From assembly GCF_003704095.1 (NCBI RefSeq), contig NW_020843829.1:1674001-1738000 (forward strand): 64,000 nucleotides of DNA. Direction: 5' to 3'. Shown here piece by piece: positions 1 to 13,000 of this stretch; positions within the stretch are counted from its first letter, which is position 1; every line of letters starts with the position of its first letter. The stretch comes from Pocillopora damicornis. Lineage: Eukaryota. A program made the position numbers and the translations under genes. The notes under the pieces were generated by a model. That model was not told the origin of the DNA. It saw only the letters and a list, made by a program, of their open reading frames with translations, and made no database searches.

Positions 1-262
1 TAACATACGTAGTATGATAAAAATTACCTGGAGTCCTGCTGATGTGTTGTCTTTCCTTGTACAAGTCAAACTGTGAACAAATGACTCACTCGTAAGATTA
101 CATGAAATATTCATCAAACCAATCTCACGTCTCGAGATGATTTACAAAGGAAAGTATAAAACAAGGTACTTGGTTATGCAGTTTAATTTGCTCTGTCGTT
201 TTCTACGAAAATTGCTCGACTCAGGTGAAATCGACAGAATCTGACAGCAAGCAAATTTTAAG

Positions 263-2323
263 ATGAGCCTTAATGTATCGTCAACGAATATGACTTCTGT
301 TCCTCCCACCGAAGCAGTTCAAGTTGGCCATGGTGACGCCGTCTGGATTTTGACTAGTGCTTTCATTATCTTTACCATGATCTCTGGATTCGGACTAGTT
401 GAGTCAGGTCAGTTGAATCAGTTCGATATTCATAATTTTAAGAAAATGTGGTTTTTTTAAGGAAATTTTTTTTGGCATACTCCATTTGGGGTAAAGCTAC
501 AGGAATCTCACAGGATCGTGAGAAATTGTTTCGTGACAAATCTTGTTATGTCAAGTCTAAGTAATGATAACTTACCTCGGATGTTGAGAGGGGGCACTCA
601 CTTCGTGGGTTTTATTTGATTTGATAACTTAACGTCACATGCTCTGCCTGACAGTATTATACCTAACAATGTCTTATAGTCTTTGTATTGAACTTGATTA
701 TCACCAGGTATGGTATCTAAGAAAAATGAGACCAACATTATGGTAAAGAATGCCCTGGATGTGATTTTCGGTGGCCTCTCCTATTGGATATTTGGCTTCG
801 CTTTCAGTCGGGGAGAACCAGACGATGAACATGGTAAATACAATGCATTTTCAGGATCAGCAAACTTTTTTGCTGACGCAAGCCGGTCAAGAATGGGAGG
901 CGTGTTCGCTTTGTATTTCTTTCAAGCATCTTTTGCAACAACCGCAACAACGATTGTGTCAGGTGCCATCGCAGAGCGTGCAAATTTGCAAGCTTATATG
1001 GTCTTCTCTTTCACGAACACGTTGGCGTTCTGTTTTCCAGCTTACTGGGTTTGGGGAGAGCACGGCTGGCTGAAAGAGCTTGGAGTGATAGATGTGGGTG
1101 GAGCCAGTCCTGTACACCTAGTGGGTGGGGTTGCTGGCTTGGTGGGGACCATCATGCTAAGGCCAAGACGAAACAAGTACAATGACAATGGCTTGACACT
1201 AAAAATGGCTTCTCCGACCAATGTTCTGTTGGGTATGTTCATGCTCTGGTGGGGCTGGCTCGGTTTTAACTGTGGAAGCACATTTGGAGTCAGTGGTGGT
1301 AAATGGAAGCTTGCTTCTCGGTCAGCTGTCTGCACACTGAATGCCTCTATTGGTGGCGGCATCTTTGCCCATCTGTTTAGTGTCTTTTATTTGAAGCGTG
1401 TTGATGTACCAACTTTCATGTCTGGAATTCTGGGTAGTCTAGTGAGTATCACGGCAATATGTGCCGTTGCCAGGCCTGGGGAAAGCATTTTCATTGGTTT
1501 CATTGGTAGTGTGATCTCAGTGATGGGGTGGCTTTTGTTGGAGAAGTTTAATATTGATGATCCTGTCGGCGCTATCTCAACGCATGCTGGCGGGGCCATT
1601 TGGAGTATGCTTGCTGTCGGCTTGTTCGTCGAACAAGATCGCCTAGAAGATTTCTCAGAGACATACGGTGTTTTCAAAGGTGGCCATTTCAGAATTTTGG
1701 GAGTTCAGCTCCTGGCATGCTTAACAATTGGACTGTGGGCAGCCGTGGTTGCATTTTTGCAGTTTTTCATGATTGGAAAGTTTATACATTTCCGATTTTC
1801 TGAATATGAGGAGAAACTGGGTGCTGACTTCTGTGAACACGCTGTAGATCACAGCACGGAGCGAAAGACACCAAAGCAGCTTCAGAAGCTTGAACGGATG
1901 CGTGCAGCATTGGCAATAAAGAATAAAGTTGCACCTGCCAATAGTCCAGCTGGATATCCTCAAGAGAAAAACCTACGATTTACTCTGTTCCAAACAATAG
2001 TGGGGGCCTTATGGAGTGCACAGCGAAGCACGCGGGTCAATCAGTTACAGGCAGAAGAAAGGGAAGGCAAAGAAAATGAGAAAGGTCACTCAAAGTTAAG
2101 ATCAGTGGCATCTGTCCTTAGGGGTGGTGGAAATTTCACTCAAGTCTCTGAATTTCAGGAAGAGAAATTAGGAGAGGGTGAGGCCTTTGCTGAAAATAGG
2201 AAAGGTGTGGCAAGGTTTAGAGCCATAGCGCTTGCTTTGAGAGGTGCTCAGCGGATGAGGAGAGTTACTCAGTCACCGGCAGAGCAGGAGGGAAATTCTG
2301 ATGATGACCATACAAGAACTTAA
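263..2323 (+). CDS. amt: Ammonium transporter (Amt/Mep family, invertebrate AMT type); 2 coding exons join(263..407,708..2323)
   Basis: Exon 1 encodes DAVWILTSAFIIFTMISGFGLVES, ends G|gtcagt at 407 and joins in phase 1 to tcaccag|GT at 708, giving ESGMVSKKNETNIMVKN. Amt hallmarks: FFQASFATTATTIVSGAIAER, YWVW, IDVGGASPVH (first pore His), WWGWLGFNCGS, DDPVGAISTH (second pore His). A possible upstream 5'UTR acceptor lies at 223-224. Confidence 0.95.
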
Positions 2324-4079
2324 GCAAGGTTCAGACCTGTGGCATTAGCAGCAAGGGGTATTCAACACAAAGCAAACACTATTCAAGTAAAAGAGGCAGC
2401 AAATTCTTATAACTAATCTTAAGTTGTTGATGATTGTCCTCAAGTTATAAATCTGTTGTAAAAAAGAGTAAAATGTGCGATGCTTTTTTCTTTGACAATC
2501 AAAATAATTTTCTTAACATGTGTTCTCCTGAAAATTTTTCCTTTCTGATTCACTTATCCAAACGGCCTGTAAGTTAGAATGAATTTCTAATCAAACGCAA
2601 TTATTGCACTTTAATTAGCAAAATAAAATTTCTCTATTACAAGTCTCTAATTATATGTAGTCATTACCTTAAATAGACATTTCATAAAAATAGCATGGGA
2701 AAATTGGCCTTAGAACATGTAGCATTTGTCATCTTAATGATCCTTACTTTTCACAACTTTAATTTCCAAAACTTTGGCCCAAATTCTCAATACTCTCCAA
2801 TTACTACAGACAACTAAGAAGCAACAACCAGGAAATATCTTGTGGGTGGAAGTCTGTCATTATCATAGTCATTTGCTGAATGCTCGCACTGCTGATATCC
2901 CCTCTTATTACTGGGTATTAGATAAGTCGAAGGTATGAACTTGATGTGACCTTTCTTTTTGTTTCTCTTTTTGCATAAAGGTACAAAACAGAATGCATCA
3001 TTGAATAAAAGGGGTAGGTCTTGAAAGAAACTGTTACACTGTGTCTGTGCAGGCTGGTTAGTCCCACTTGTGCAACTTTTGGTGTTTGGAGCTACTTTTC
3101 GTGGTTCTAGCAACCTCTGGCAATTTTTACCTTTTTTCAGAAGTTTTTGAGCAAATATAGGTTTAGAGCAAATATCAAGTGTCAAGAAGTTCATGAGATT
3201 GTAAGAAATTTGAATCTATGTGAATTTCTTGAATGGTTACCAACCTTTTGAACACAAATGAACCATGTATTGTCTTCTGTTAGACTTAAGAGTATCCATT
3301 TGAAACTTTTAATACGTAGGTGGAAAAATTTTTGGATTTTTGGAAATTTTTTAGCAACTTTTTGGTACTCCAGTGAGCAACTTTCCAGCATTTTACAACG
3401 ACAATCAGGACAGGCCTAGAGGTATTACAAGATAATTTTTTTTATCAACTGGGCTAGTATAGCCAGTTTCTTGTGTTATTCAGAGCAAATAAGGAAGGGC
3501 TAACACATGAAACTTCAGCTTAAGAAATATCTGTGGGGGCCAATTTACATTAACAACTCAGTCGATAAAACTCAAAATATAACACTGCCACAAATCAGTG
3601 ACCAGCTGCAGATAGACAGACGATTGTGCCACAACTGGCAGTGCACCCTAAAGATTTATATTGGATTGCATGACCATCAGCAGGAAACCCCCCAATTCAG
3701 AGCTAGTTACAGTAGTGAAGACAAATTATCATTAGAGTAAACTATTAAAAAATCACTACAGATAAAGTCTGAGGACACTTAATGTTCTGAAATACCATAG
3801 GGGAAGCCAGATTCCTTTTAAGAATTTTTTCATAGTTATTGTTTACTTTGTACAGGAGTTTGAGAGACTGATTCAGTATCTGGAGAACCTCTGGAGAATT
3901 TGGGTGCATTCACACAATTATGTGATAATTGTTTGAGTTTCAAGCAACTCTTGGTTAGATTAGCGTCCTGACTGAAAACGACACTCTCTAAGATAACAAT
4001 TTACCAGAATTTATGAGAAACTAAAGATTACAGAACCTTTTTGAGACTGTCAGGGAACTTTTTTACTGTAACTTTAAAT

Positions 4080-4258
4080 TTGTTAGTCTTACTTCTACTT
4101 TTAATTTTGCTGCGTAATCTTTTCTAGGATTATTTTTCTTTTGATCGTGAATATTGTAATTTATTTTTAATCGCAAGGTATGTATTTAACAGAGAAGAAC
4201 CACCTCGTGGATCTGTTAAATAGACCTTCCTTATTATTGTTATTATTATTTTATTACT
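4080..4258 (+). mobile_element. Probable 3' end of a non-LTR retrotransposon (stem-loop plus (TTA)n tail)
   Basis: The hairpin aaggt..tatttaacaga / tctgttaaatagacctt (~4175-4228) is followed directly by a ttattattgttattattatt tail. This is the typical 3' architecture of L2/CR1-like LINEs. No ORF remains. Confidence 0.45.
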
Positions 4259-5465
4259 AGTTTCATTATGTGGCTGTAATAATAAAATGATAATAAGTTA
4301 AGAATACCAACTATATTGCAGCCACAGAACGCGGCTTCAGCTGAGGGCATAATAGCTGGTAGTATCAACAGGAAGAAAAAACCCAGTTACACTAGTATAT
4401 AACTGTCTTTTCTAAATTGTTGATCCTGATACTTAATTCATTTGCAGCGATACCTTATTCCAAACGAGACCAGGAGAATAACAACGTTTACATGCTCCTG
4501 ACGAGACCCATGGGAGGTTTCATCATCCTCGCAGTGTGAAACGAATAACTCCTAAAAATGACTTGTTTTGTATACCGACCTCCTAACCGCACTGCACTGA
4601 TTGTATTTGCAGAACCCAATTGGATCTGATTTTCCAATTTAGGTTATGGGAACGATGACATTTCCTTTACTCGTCAAGAGTTTGAAGGCCAAAGAGCTAA
4701 CAAAAACCATTTAGACCTGGAGGAGAGCATATTTTTGTCAGGCGTTAAACGTGTGTGAATTCGATTGGAGGAGCACTGGGGCCCATTACAGTCATATCCG
4801 AAATGGCCGCTTTACGGGGTCAATTGTTGTGTACTCGAATAGCATGGGTATCTAATCGATTTGGTGAGTCCATCTACTTTCCTTCTGCAGGATAAAAAAA
4901 TTTAGTGTTACATTATTCCTACAGGCGATATTATTTGTTTTTTCGTCTGGTAAATTTCTCTAGTCATTCTCGAAAAAATACATGTTCTTCATGAATAAGT
5001 AGATGTTAATTTTACCGAACACTACTGACGCTATATGCAGCAGCGGATATATCATTGAATAAGGGTGGTAAAAAATAAGGCCAAACTTTGAACGTCTTTC
5101 TGGAGCATAATAGTTTACGTGGTTAATCGGAACATTTGGACTGTATTTCTACATTCCACATTTATAGGGGCTTTACACGCTCTCGGTTCATCGAGCAAGG
5201 ATATAACTCTAATTTGCCCTTCCCAATGAGATTCTCGCAGCACACGCTAATAGACTTTCTACCGAGCTGATGAGAGTTACCTGTAAATATAAATTAACTT
5301 TCTTTGCAATTCTGTAGTTTCAAGTGTTACTTTTCTTATTTTCACATTTTATGTTTTTTAATGGTTTGATAGACACAAGTTTTTGGGAAAATAAATAAAT
5401 CTTAAAAGCATATTCCAAACCTTAGAATTATTTTAAAAAGGATCATTCCCGGTGTCTTTCTGTTA

Positions 5466-5862
5466 TTATTATACATTCAACCCACTATCTCTTTTCTGAT
5501 TGGCTGAAAGTATACTGTGAATTTTCTAGGGACGTCATTTAGCTGCATTATACAATTATTATCATGTCAAGGTTACGTGTAATCGTGTCATGTATAACTG
5601 TGGTGCATCATTTCTGAGAGTAATCATGTTAAGTTCATGCAATTTGTGTTGCTTGCCATTAGTGAAGAGGCAAAAAAAATTCTTTTTTTCATTCAATGTA
5701 CAATAAAACAATTTTTAGATTCAGTTTTTGTGTTATCCAGAATAATCAAGGTCTTGTTAAGGGGTTTTAAGTCTCAGGTTATCAGCCTCAGCTTTGGCTG
5801 ATAACCCCTGCCTCAACCTTGATTATTGTGTACATGACAAAAATCTCATCCAATAATTGTTT
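5466..5862 (+). mobile_element. Non-autonomous interspersed element with a CCAAT-type motif at one end and a long terminal hairpin
   Basis: ttctgattggctgaaag at 5494-5510. Imperfect palindrome at 5706-5861 (aaacaatttttagat...ataatcaagg / ccttgattat...atccaataattgttt). Confidence 0.55.
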
Positions 5863-8084
5863 ATCATCTGGACTTTCTTTTGCAGTGAAAAGGGGTCAAC
5901 CTGTCAGGAGGTTTGAAATCTACACAGAGAAAACTGAACAACGTAATTTGTTACATAGAATCATAACAGACTGGAAAACCCCAGTAAGTAGCTTGAAATA
6001 ATGATATACAGGTGACACCTCTGAAAAGCCCATCGTTCTTTTCAGCTTGGTTTTAAGTTGGTTTACTAAAGTTTGAGTGTTAAAAAAATCTCTATATGCA
6101 CCAGCGTCAGCTAAGCATTTACAGATGAGCAAATATTAAGCAAGATCAAGGAAAACCCTGCACAATTTGGTGTCCACACAGAGGTTTTTTTTATGTTGAA
6201 CTTGAAGCCTACAAAGTGTCATGCATTCATACAATAATTCTGTCCTGTAATTCAACAGTCACCATTTAGAACATGTTTGGTGTCCTTCTTTGTGAACAAA
6301 TTATGTAGCTGTGGGCTCTATATTGTGCTAGAGAAATTCCTTTGGAGGTGTCAAACTGGCAGAAATGTCAAAAGTGCAAATTTGCCTTTATCTCCTCCCT
6401 TTTGAGCAGTTGGCCACAATTGTTGTTCTCTACACATTATCTAACACCTACAGCTGTATATCAACACTGCCTATACAACAACTTCATACAAGTAGTTTGT
6501 GTTGCATTTCCACCCAGGTGAATGGTTCTTCCTAAAGTGTGTAGAAATGCTACATGCAAAATGATTATTTGTTATATAAAATGTTTTCTGATGGTAAATT
6601 TTTACAAAATTTAGCTACACAAACTAAGCTGGGTTTTTTGTTGTTGTATTTTTAACAATATGTCAATATCAATCTTCATACAATTTTGTACCAAAATCTG
6701 TTGCACAGCTTTCAGATGACCACTTTTGACATTTTCTTTGGTTTTAAATACACCTCTCAGACTGATTGATGCTTTAACTCAAGTGAAAATTTCTAAAGAA
6801 TCAAGTGTTCAGCCCTCTGATAACCACACATGTTTGAGCTTCTTTCAAGAGCATAGTAAAATCACCTATTGTCTTGTATGATGGTTTTTTGCTGTATACA
6901 TATATTTGTGGTTTGTTTGCTGACAACGAATACCAGTGATCATTTTGTTAAACAAACCTGGTGACCCTCCTGAACTTTAGTAAGCCACTTCAGTCCATTT
7001 TCAGTCAAGTAGTTAAATTATTGTCATTGATGTTGAAGTAGCATTTTGTTCTCAGAGTTACTATTTGACAGTCCAATTTTGCAGTTAACAGAAAGCCTTT
7101 TTACAAGGTACAATTTTGTCTTTTTTCCTCAGTCCATAGTGTTCATCAGTGGAGTGTTGGGTTGTCTGTTTTATGAGCGCTTTATAGGTGAGACAATATG
7201 GCAGACCTGTGTAGTTCAATCACAATATTATTGACACAATAAGTATGAACAGCTACGATGTAAAGCTAAATTTAGTCATGAAGAAGGAACAAAGATAAAC
7301 CACAACTGTTGTTTGTTATAACCTTTTGGTGTCACATATAAACAGCCCATGTTCATCATGTCTGGATCAAGCCAAGAAATCCGATCTACTGTGGTAATAC
7401 TAAGTGTTAAGAAGATTTTTACACATATACAAGTGTGGCTAAGTTTACAGTGTTGATAACATGTAATAATAAAATGGGTATTTTCAAGAATTAGAGAGAA
7501 ACATTTTTATTTATTGTCAATTAAGTAACATTTTTCTGACTTTGTTTTATGATGTCATCATTCAGAGGAACCTGATGAAACAGGAAAAAGAGATGTAAGA
7601 TTATAAAAAGTTTTTTTCTATGAACATGTACATTATATTTCATTACTTTATGGAAAGTCATTCTTTCATTAAGCTGTCATGAGTCTATCATACATAGCCA
7701 TTACCATGTGCTGAAACATTTTTGTATCAATTTTTCTGTGCTTACTGATAAACACTATTTTGTTTTATGAGAAGAACACAAAGTGGTAAATGTTACACCA
7801 TTAAAATTATTATTCTTTCTTCCATGCTTTTAATTTCTGTCATTAGCCCTTGATTACAAGACTCATGATGAAGTACATAATGGCAGATCCTGATGTGGAT
7901 AGAGAGAAACGAGAGAATCACATGCGTCATGTCAAAGAAAAAATGGACATTTTGTATCTTTTAAAACCTTTATAAATATATTATTCACTAGAACAATCTA
8001 TGTACACAACTTCTTGCTTATTTAGTAGACTTCTTGCCCACTTGTCTTACTTGTAAAAAAATTCAATGTTTCATGCTATCCATT

Positions 8085-8259
8085 TTTATTTTTGGTCAAC
8101 CGTTTTAGGGCCTAAGCTATCTGTTTTTGGACTTTGGTCAACCGTTTAAATTTTTTGCCATCCATTTAAGTGGTCATGGAAACTGTTTAAACGCTTTAAA
8201 CGTTTAGTATCCGTTTAAAACTTTTTTTTCTGGACCATTTAACGGAAAAGCGCTAGTGT
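8085..8259. repeat. Cluster of short ccgttt/aaacg(g) motifs ending in ctagtg; possible subterminal region of a DNA transposon end
   Basis: tttggtcaaccgttt occurs twice, with several cgttta variants. The right end reads CACTAG on the minus strand. No convincing partner end was found. Confidence 0.3.
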
Positions 8260-9597
8260 CCATTTTCCCATGGAGGGTCACATTTACCGGTACATAATTA
8301 TGTGAACGTGTGTGAAAGTCCAACATTACAAGGGTTGGTCCTGTGTGCACATGTACTCTAGTGCTTAGATGGTATAAGGCCTGGCTGATGAGCAAATTCC
8401 CTACAACTCAGTTGCTGAGCTTCAGAGAACTTGTTACCCAGTCATGACTCTTAAAGAGGACTCATATTTTTTACTTAAATTTTAAAATGGAGTTCAAAGT
8501 GACCATAATGCCACACATTATCTGCAAAAAAAAGAAAAAAACACTTTCAACATTGGTCATCATTGTTGAGCACAATTGTTACTAACATGTAGTTTGTGGT
8601 TCAGCTTGCTATTAACTTCCCTATGGCTCTGTGAGTAGGGCATCATAACACAACATTGAATTGGCTGGGGTTTGGAGTATTATCAGATTTGTCCTATGCT
8701 GATCAGAATGTTGAAAACCATCCTTTCAAAACCAACTGTCTCTCTTAATATTATCAATACTGTTACTCTTAGTTGGAAAGAAACATGGAGGTAAACTTTT
8801 TTATCATATCTGCACAATGAAGCTTCTCTTTTTTCACCAGTTTATCATTTAAACTTATCCTGAAATACATTTACGAGCCATATTTTCAGTGAATCTCTCC
8901 TTAACCAGTTCTCAATAGCCAAGAGATGAAGAGAAAGCCCCGGCTTGGAAAGCAGCCATTTGATATTGAGAAGATTGAGAGAGATAAACCTACATTTAAG
9001 CCTTTTGGACCTGATGGCTACTGAGCATGTCACTGTCATACCTGGCTTATTTCATTGTAAAAGAAAAAGCTCATCAATAATAAGCATGTTCCCCTGACGA
9101 TGCAGCTCTAATTTACTTGAGTATTGGGCTATTAAATTTGCTGAAGGGATCAATCTCATTTTGTTTTCAGTTTTGATGAAACAGATCTCAGTTTGAGGCC
9201 TTATCTTTGGAAAAGAATGTGAAGGAGAGCTTTGTGTGATTTGTATCAGGTCCAGTTCTATTTTGTCTAATAAATTATCTTTTTACCATGGTGTGATGTA
9301 CAGGTGTATACACTGGATACTCTCTAGTTACAAAACAGAGAGCTTCAAATGTTTTTAGAGTTTAATGACAAATTTCACTGTTCACCCTACATTTTTATTT
9401 TGCCATCTGAGTTGCATGATCCAAATATGGGAGTCTGAAATTCTTTCGTGCTTCCATCTTCCAAGCTTAATAATAATGTAATTATTAAAAGAGAAGAATG
9501 ACTGTCATAAAGTCTTTTTCTTAGTATTGTGGTTGAATACCCTTGGCTGCCACTCCCTCCCACAACCTTCACCAAATCCAAGCCTCTCAATTTCCCA

Positions 9598-9607
9598 AAT
9601 GAATAAA

Positions 9608-9639
<32 letters not shown>

Positions 9640-9846
9640 ATTGGTGGGAGAGTATAGCAGGTAATTTAGTGTTAACAACTGGGTTGAAAACGTAAATTAG
9701 CCACCATAAAGGATAAAAAAGCTGATGTTTTGAGCGTTAGCCCTTCATCTATCACTCTGTTGAAGGGCTAACGCTCAAAACATCAGCTTTTTTACCTTTT
9801 ACAGTGGCTAATTTACGTTTTCAACCCAGTTGTTAACACTAAATTA
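9598..9846. mobile_element. Penelope-like element terminal-repeat (pLTR) fragment inserted as an inverted pair, with a 15-bp target-site duplication
   Basis: cctctcaatttccca occurs at 9583-9597 and 9847-9861. Arms 9659-9747 and 9761-9849 are near-perfect reverse complements. The sequence matches the repeat flanking the GIY-YIG fragment at 46890-47045. Confidence 0.8.
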
Positions 9847-10077
9847 CCTCTCAATTTCCCAGATTCATCCATTATATCTTAAAAAGAATCCCCATAATAA
9901 AGCCAAGTTAGAGTAGTGAACTCAATCATTTTTGCTACTGTTGCCATCTTGGTAAAATGTCCCATAAAATTTATAGAGTTACAAAAACACCTGTGGTGAA
10001 GCAGAAATGGGCAAAATACTTGATAGAAATGTTTTATTTTGAAAAGGAGTAGGGTATGCTCTAGGGTATAGGACATG

Positions 10078-13000
10078 TCACTCAGTTGTAGCCCGAAATC
10101 GCTTATTTCCTGCACTTTGTGACTCATTTTTAGATTCTTGATTTTGTTGAGCTCTTTGGTAAAGTTTCAATAACTGTGTAGCTTCCCTTAGTTGTATCCT
10201 TCGGTCCAGTTCTTGCTGGCATGCTTCCCTAATATGTTCAGCTTCAATAACACTTTTCCCCAAAACAGTGGCAAGTGAATCGGTTTCGATATTAATCACA
10301 ACTTGGAGTCTTTCATCAGAAAATGAGATAAAAAAGGCAGGATCATTTTTAATTCTTATGAGAAGATCAGCTGGAATGTCATCTGTCATTTCTCCTGCAT
10401 CTGTCCTGTCAAATTCCATGCTTTCATTGGTCTCCAAACTTGCCCCTACACTGCTGATACTATATTCTCTACTTCCTTGACTACAGCTAAAATCTGTGGA
10501 TTTTTAAAAGCAAAGAGATACTCTCAGATTTTGAGGCTAATGCATATTTAGATTGGTGTTACCATTACCTCCTCTCCATCCCTACTTGCAGAATTACCTT
10601 TTCCTCTTACTTCATACTTACTTCAATTACTTCAAACTACATCATTTATAATTTGATAATAGGATGGACTGGAGTGCACTTGGGTCTGCAATGATACCCT
10701 TGATTTCAATATCAGTCAAGTAGGAGTGAGTTTAATTGAAAGCAAATTATTTTAGACCAAAATTGACCAAAAGGAAGTTTACTACCCACTTTATTATATC
10801 CATTTGAAAACTTAATGGCTTTAAAAAGTGCTTAAGTTAATACAGGATTTCTGCCTTAACTATTGCATTGATTCAGTGGCGAAAAAAATGGAAAAAGGTG
10901 TGATTTGTAAATATGTCACATTGCTGAAATCTGAAATCTGATTAGTTGTTTTGTTGTAGAATTCCAATCTCTCTGACAAGGAAAAACACAATTTTAAGGA
11001 AACCTTAATGCAACAGATCACACTGGTGAGAGCTACTCAGAGAACAAGGATCACACTTGGTCTGAAAATGGATTTACTATTATTAACTATACATTGGAAG
11101 CCCTCTTTAATGGCCACTGTGGTAAGCAGACAGCATCTTTCACATTTGCCTCCCTATAGCTGATCCAGACTCCCATCCAAACTCTGCATTTTTACATTCC
11201 TGTGAGTTAACTTTCTACTCTCAAGTAGTGATTCAACAATTTCCTTTGTATCACCATCTCAAAGATATTTTATCAATCAGCATTACATTAACACTTAAGA
11301 GATTGGTTAAGAGGCCTTTAAAGAAATTACTGATTGTGATACACTTTGCTATAAATTGGAAAGCTGAAGAAAAAGCTATTTATTTAAAAAACATCCCCTA
11401 ACTTTATTACAGAGGTATGTTGCAGTTAGACCATTATTATTTCTATTGATTCCAAATATGATTTGTTATTTAATCACCAAGAATCAGCCCTCGTGATTTG
11501 GTGGGAGCTGTCTACAGCATCATTGCAACGTTGGATGGTACAGTAACAGGAATGAAAGATAAACTATGTTGGTACTTTGTTCTGCTGTTGTTTGTTGTTG
11601 TTGTTTTGCATTCTATAAGATATTTTATAGGTGGGCATATGCACCCAGGAGGTTGTTCATAACTAACACTTACAGTATGCACCTAACTGTATGACAACCA
11701 TTCCTTCAATAGTCAACTCAATAAACTGTCTGTTCATTTTCAAGTTTCTGTTACATGAATATTCAAAATTTCTAAGAAAAATGATGTGAAGATGTATCGC
11801 AAAAAGAAAGTGGAATTTGGCAAAAATGTAGTCAATGACCTTTAAAATCTGAAATTGACAATTTCATGAATTGTCAGAGTCACAAAATATAACTACTTTG
11901 TAAAAGTTTTCCTCCTCTTTTTTTCCAAGTTTCTTGGTGCTTTTGAAAGGATTAGACAACAGTTTCTCTGGGGTAAGGCATTTCAATTTTGCTTTAGGAC
12001 CAAACAAGAGAAAGAGTCATAACATCTCTGGAAGGAAAATATGTAATGTGCTAGGCTTAGTCTGGGGAGATGGATAAACAGGCAAGTTAGTGAAAATCAG
12101 CACATTCTTAGAGTATTCCAAAAAAGAATATAGTTGGACATACCGTAAAACATTTCTCACAGTGAGATGTTAATATTTCCTAAGGCTGTCAGCCATCTTT
12201 CCCACAACTGACAAGACTGTCATGAGATGTTTCCAGTAACATCATTTCAGCAATAGAGTCNNNNNNNNNNNNNNNCCCCCCCCCCCCTCTCACCCTTCTC
12301 CCCTGGTTTAGGTTCCATGATGTGACTCTGAGTCCTTAAATATGTCAAAACCAACTCAAGATCATAAGTAGACAGGAGTTTTGAGAAAGATGACTGACAA
12401 CATCTCACTGTGGCAAAAGTGTTTGGCTGTGCAAAAGAAACTGTGTCCAAATGAAATTCTACCACAGTTTTTGAAACATTTCTCTCTCTTTAGTCTGACC
12501 CCTGGTTTTCTCCCTCACATAATTCTTCCCAAAAATTGTGTGCCTGACACAGGCAAAAGTATAAATAAGGTTATACATAAGGGTTAACTATTTCATGAAT
12601 CATGAGTGTTATAATTTTAATATAAAATACGGGCTATTTCCAGACAAAAAAAGGTTTGACAAGACCGTGTCTACCTGTCAGTTACAATGTAGGATCTGTA
12701 TCGGTGTAACTGAGGTAAAATTTCCACACAGCCCCATACTATTTTAAAACAAATCTGTTTTCCCAATGGCAATCTATTGTTTTTGTCATTGTTTTCTCTA
12801 TCCAAAAACTGAATGCATAATGTAGTATGGGGCTGTGCGGAAATTTTACCGTTTTTTTTTTTCTTACTGTACTTATAAAAAAATACACGCAAGGATGATG
12901 GCGATACAGGAGACAGACCCAAACCACACTGACAACAAATGCTTTGATAGACAAGTACAATCATTCAAACAAATTTTAAAACACTCTAGCAAAACCCAGT

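Noticed and set aside
263-2323. AMT as a horizontally acquired or contaminant bacterial gene (long uninterrupted ORF)
   Set aside because: It has a canonical GT-AG intron and animal-type motifs (ESGMVSKKNETNIMVKN), and it sits among animal genes and repeats.
4470-4545. Possible hammerhead (CTGACGAG...GAAAC)
   Set aside because: I could not build helix II closing onto GAAA or a helix III with an NUH site.
4565-4680. VYRPP motif suggesting a LINE APE endonuclease remnant
   Set aside because: Only five residues match, a stop follows, and there is no GDFN motif.
9387-9641. 84-aa minus-strand ORF as a further DFFA exon
   Set aside because: DFFA already terminates at 10078, the ORF start lies in the Penelope insertion, and no domain is recognisable.
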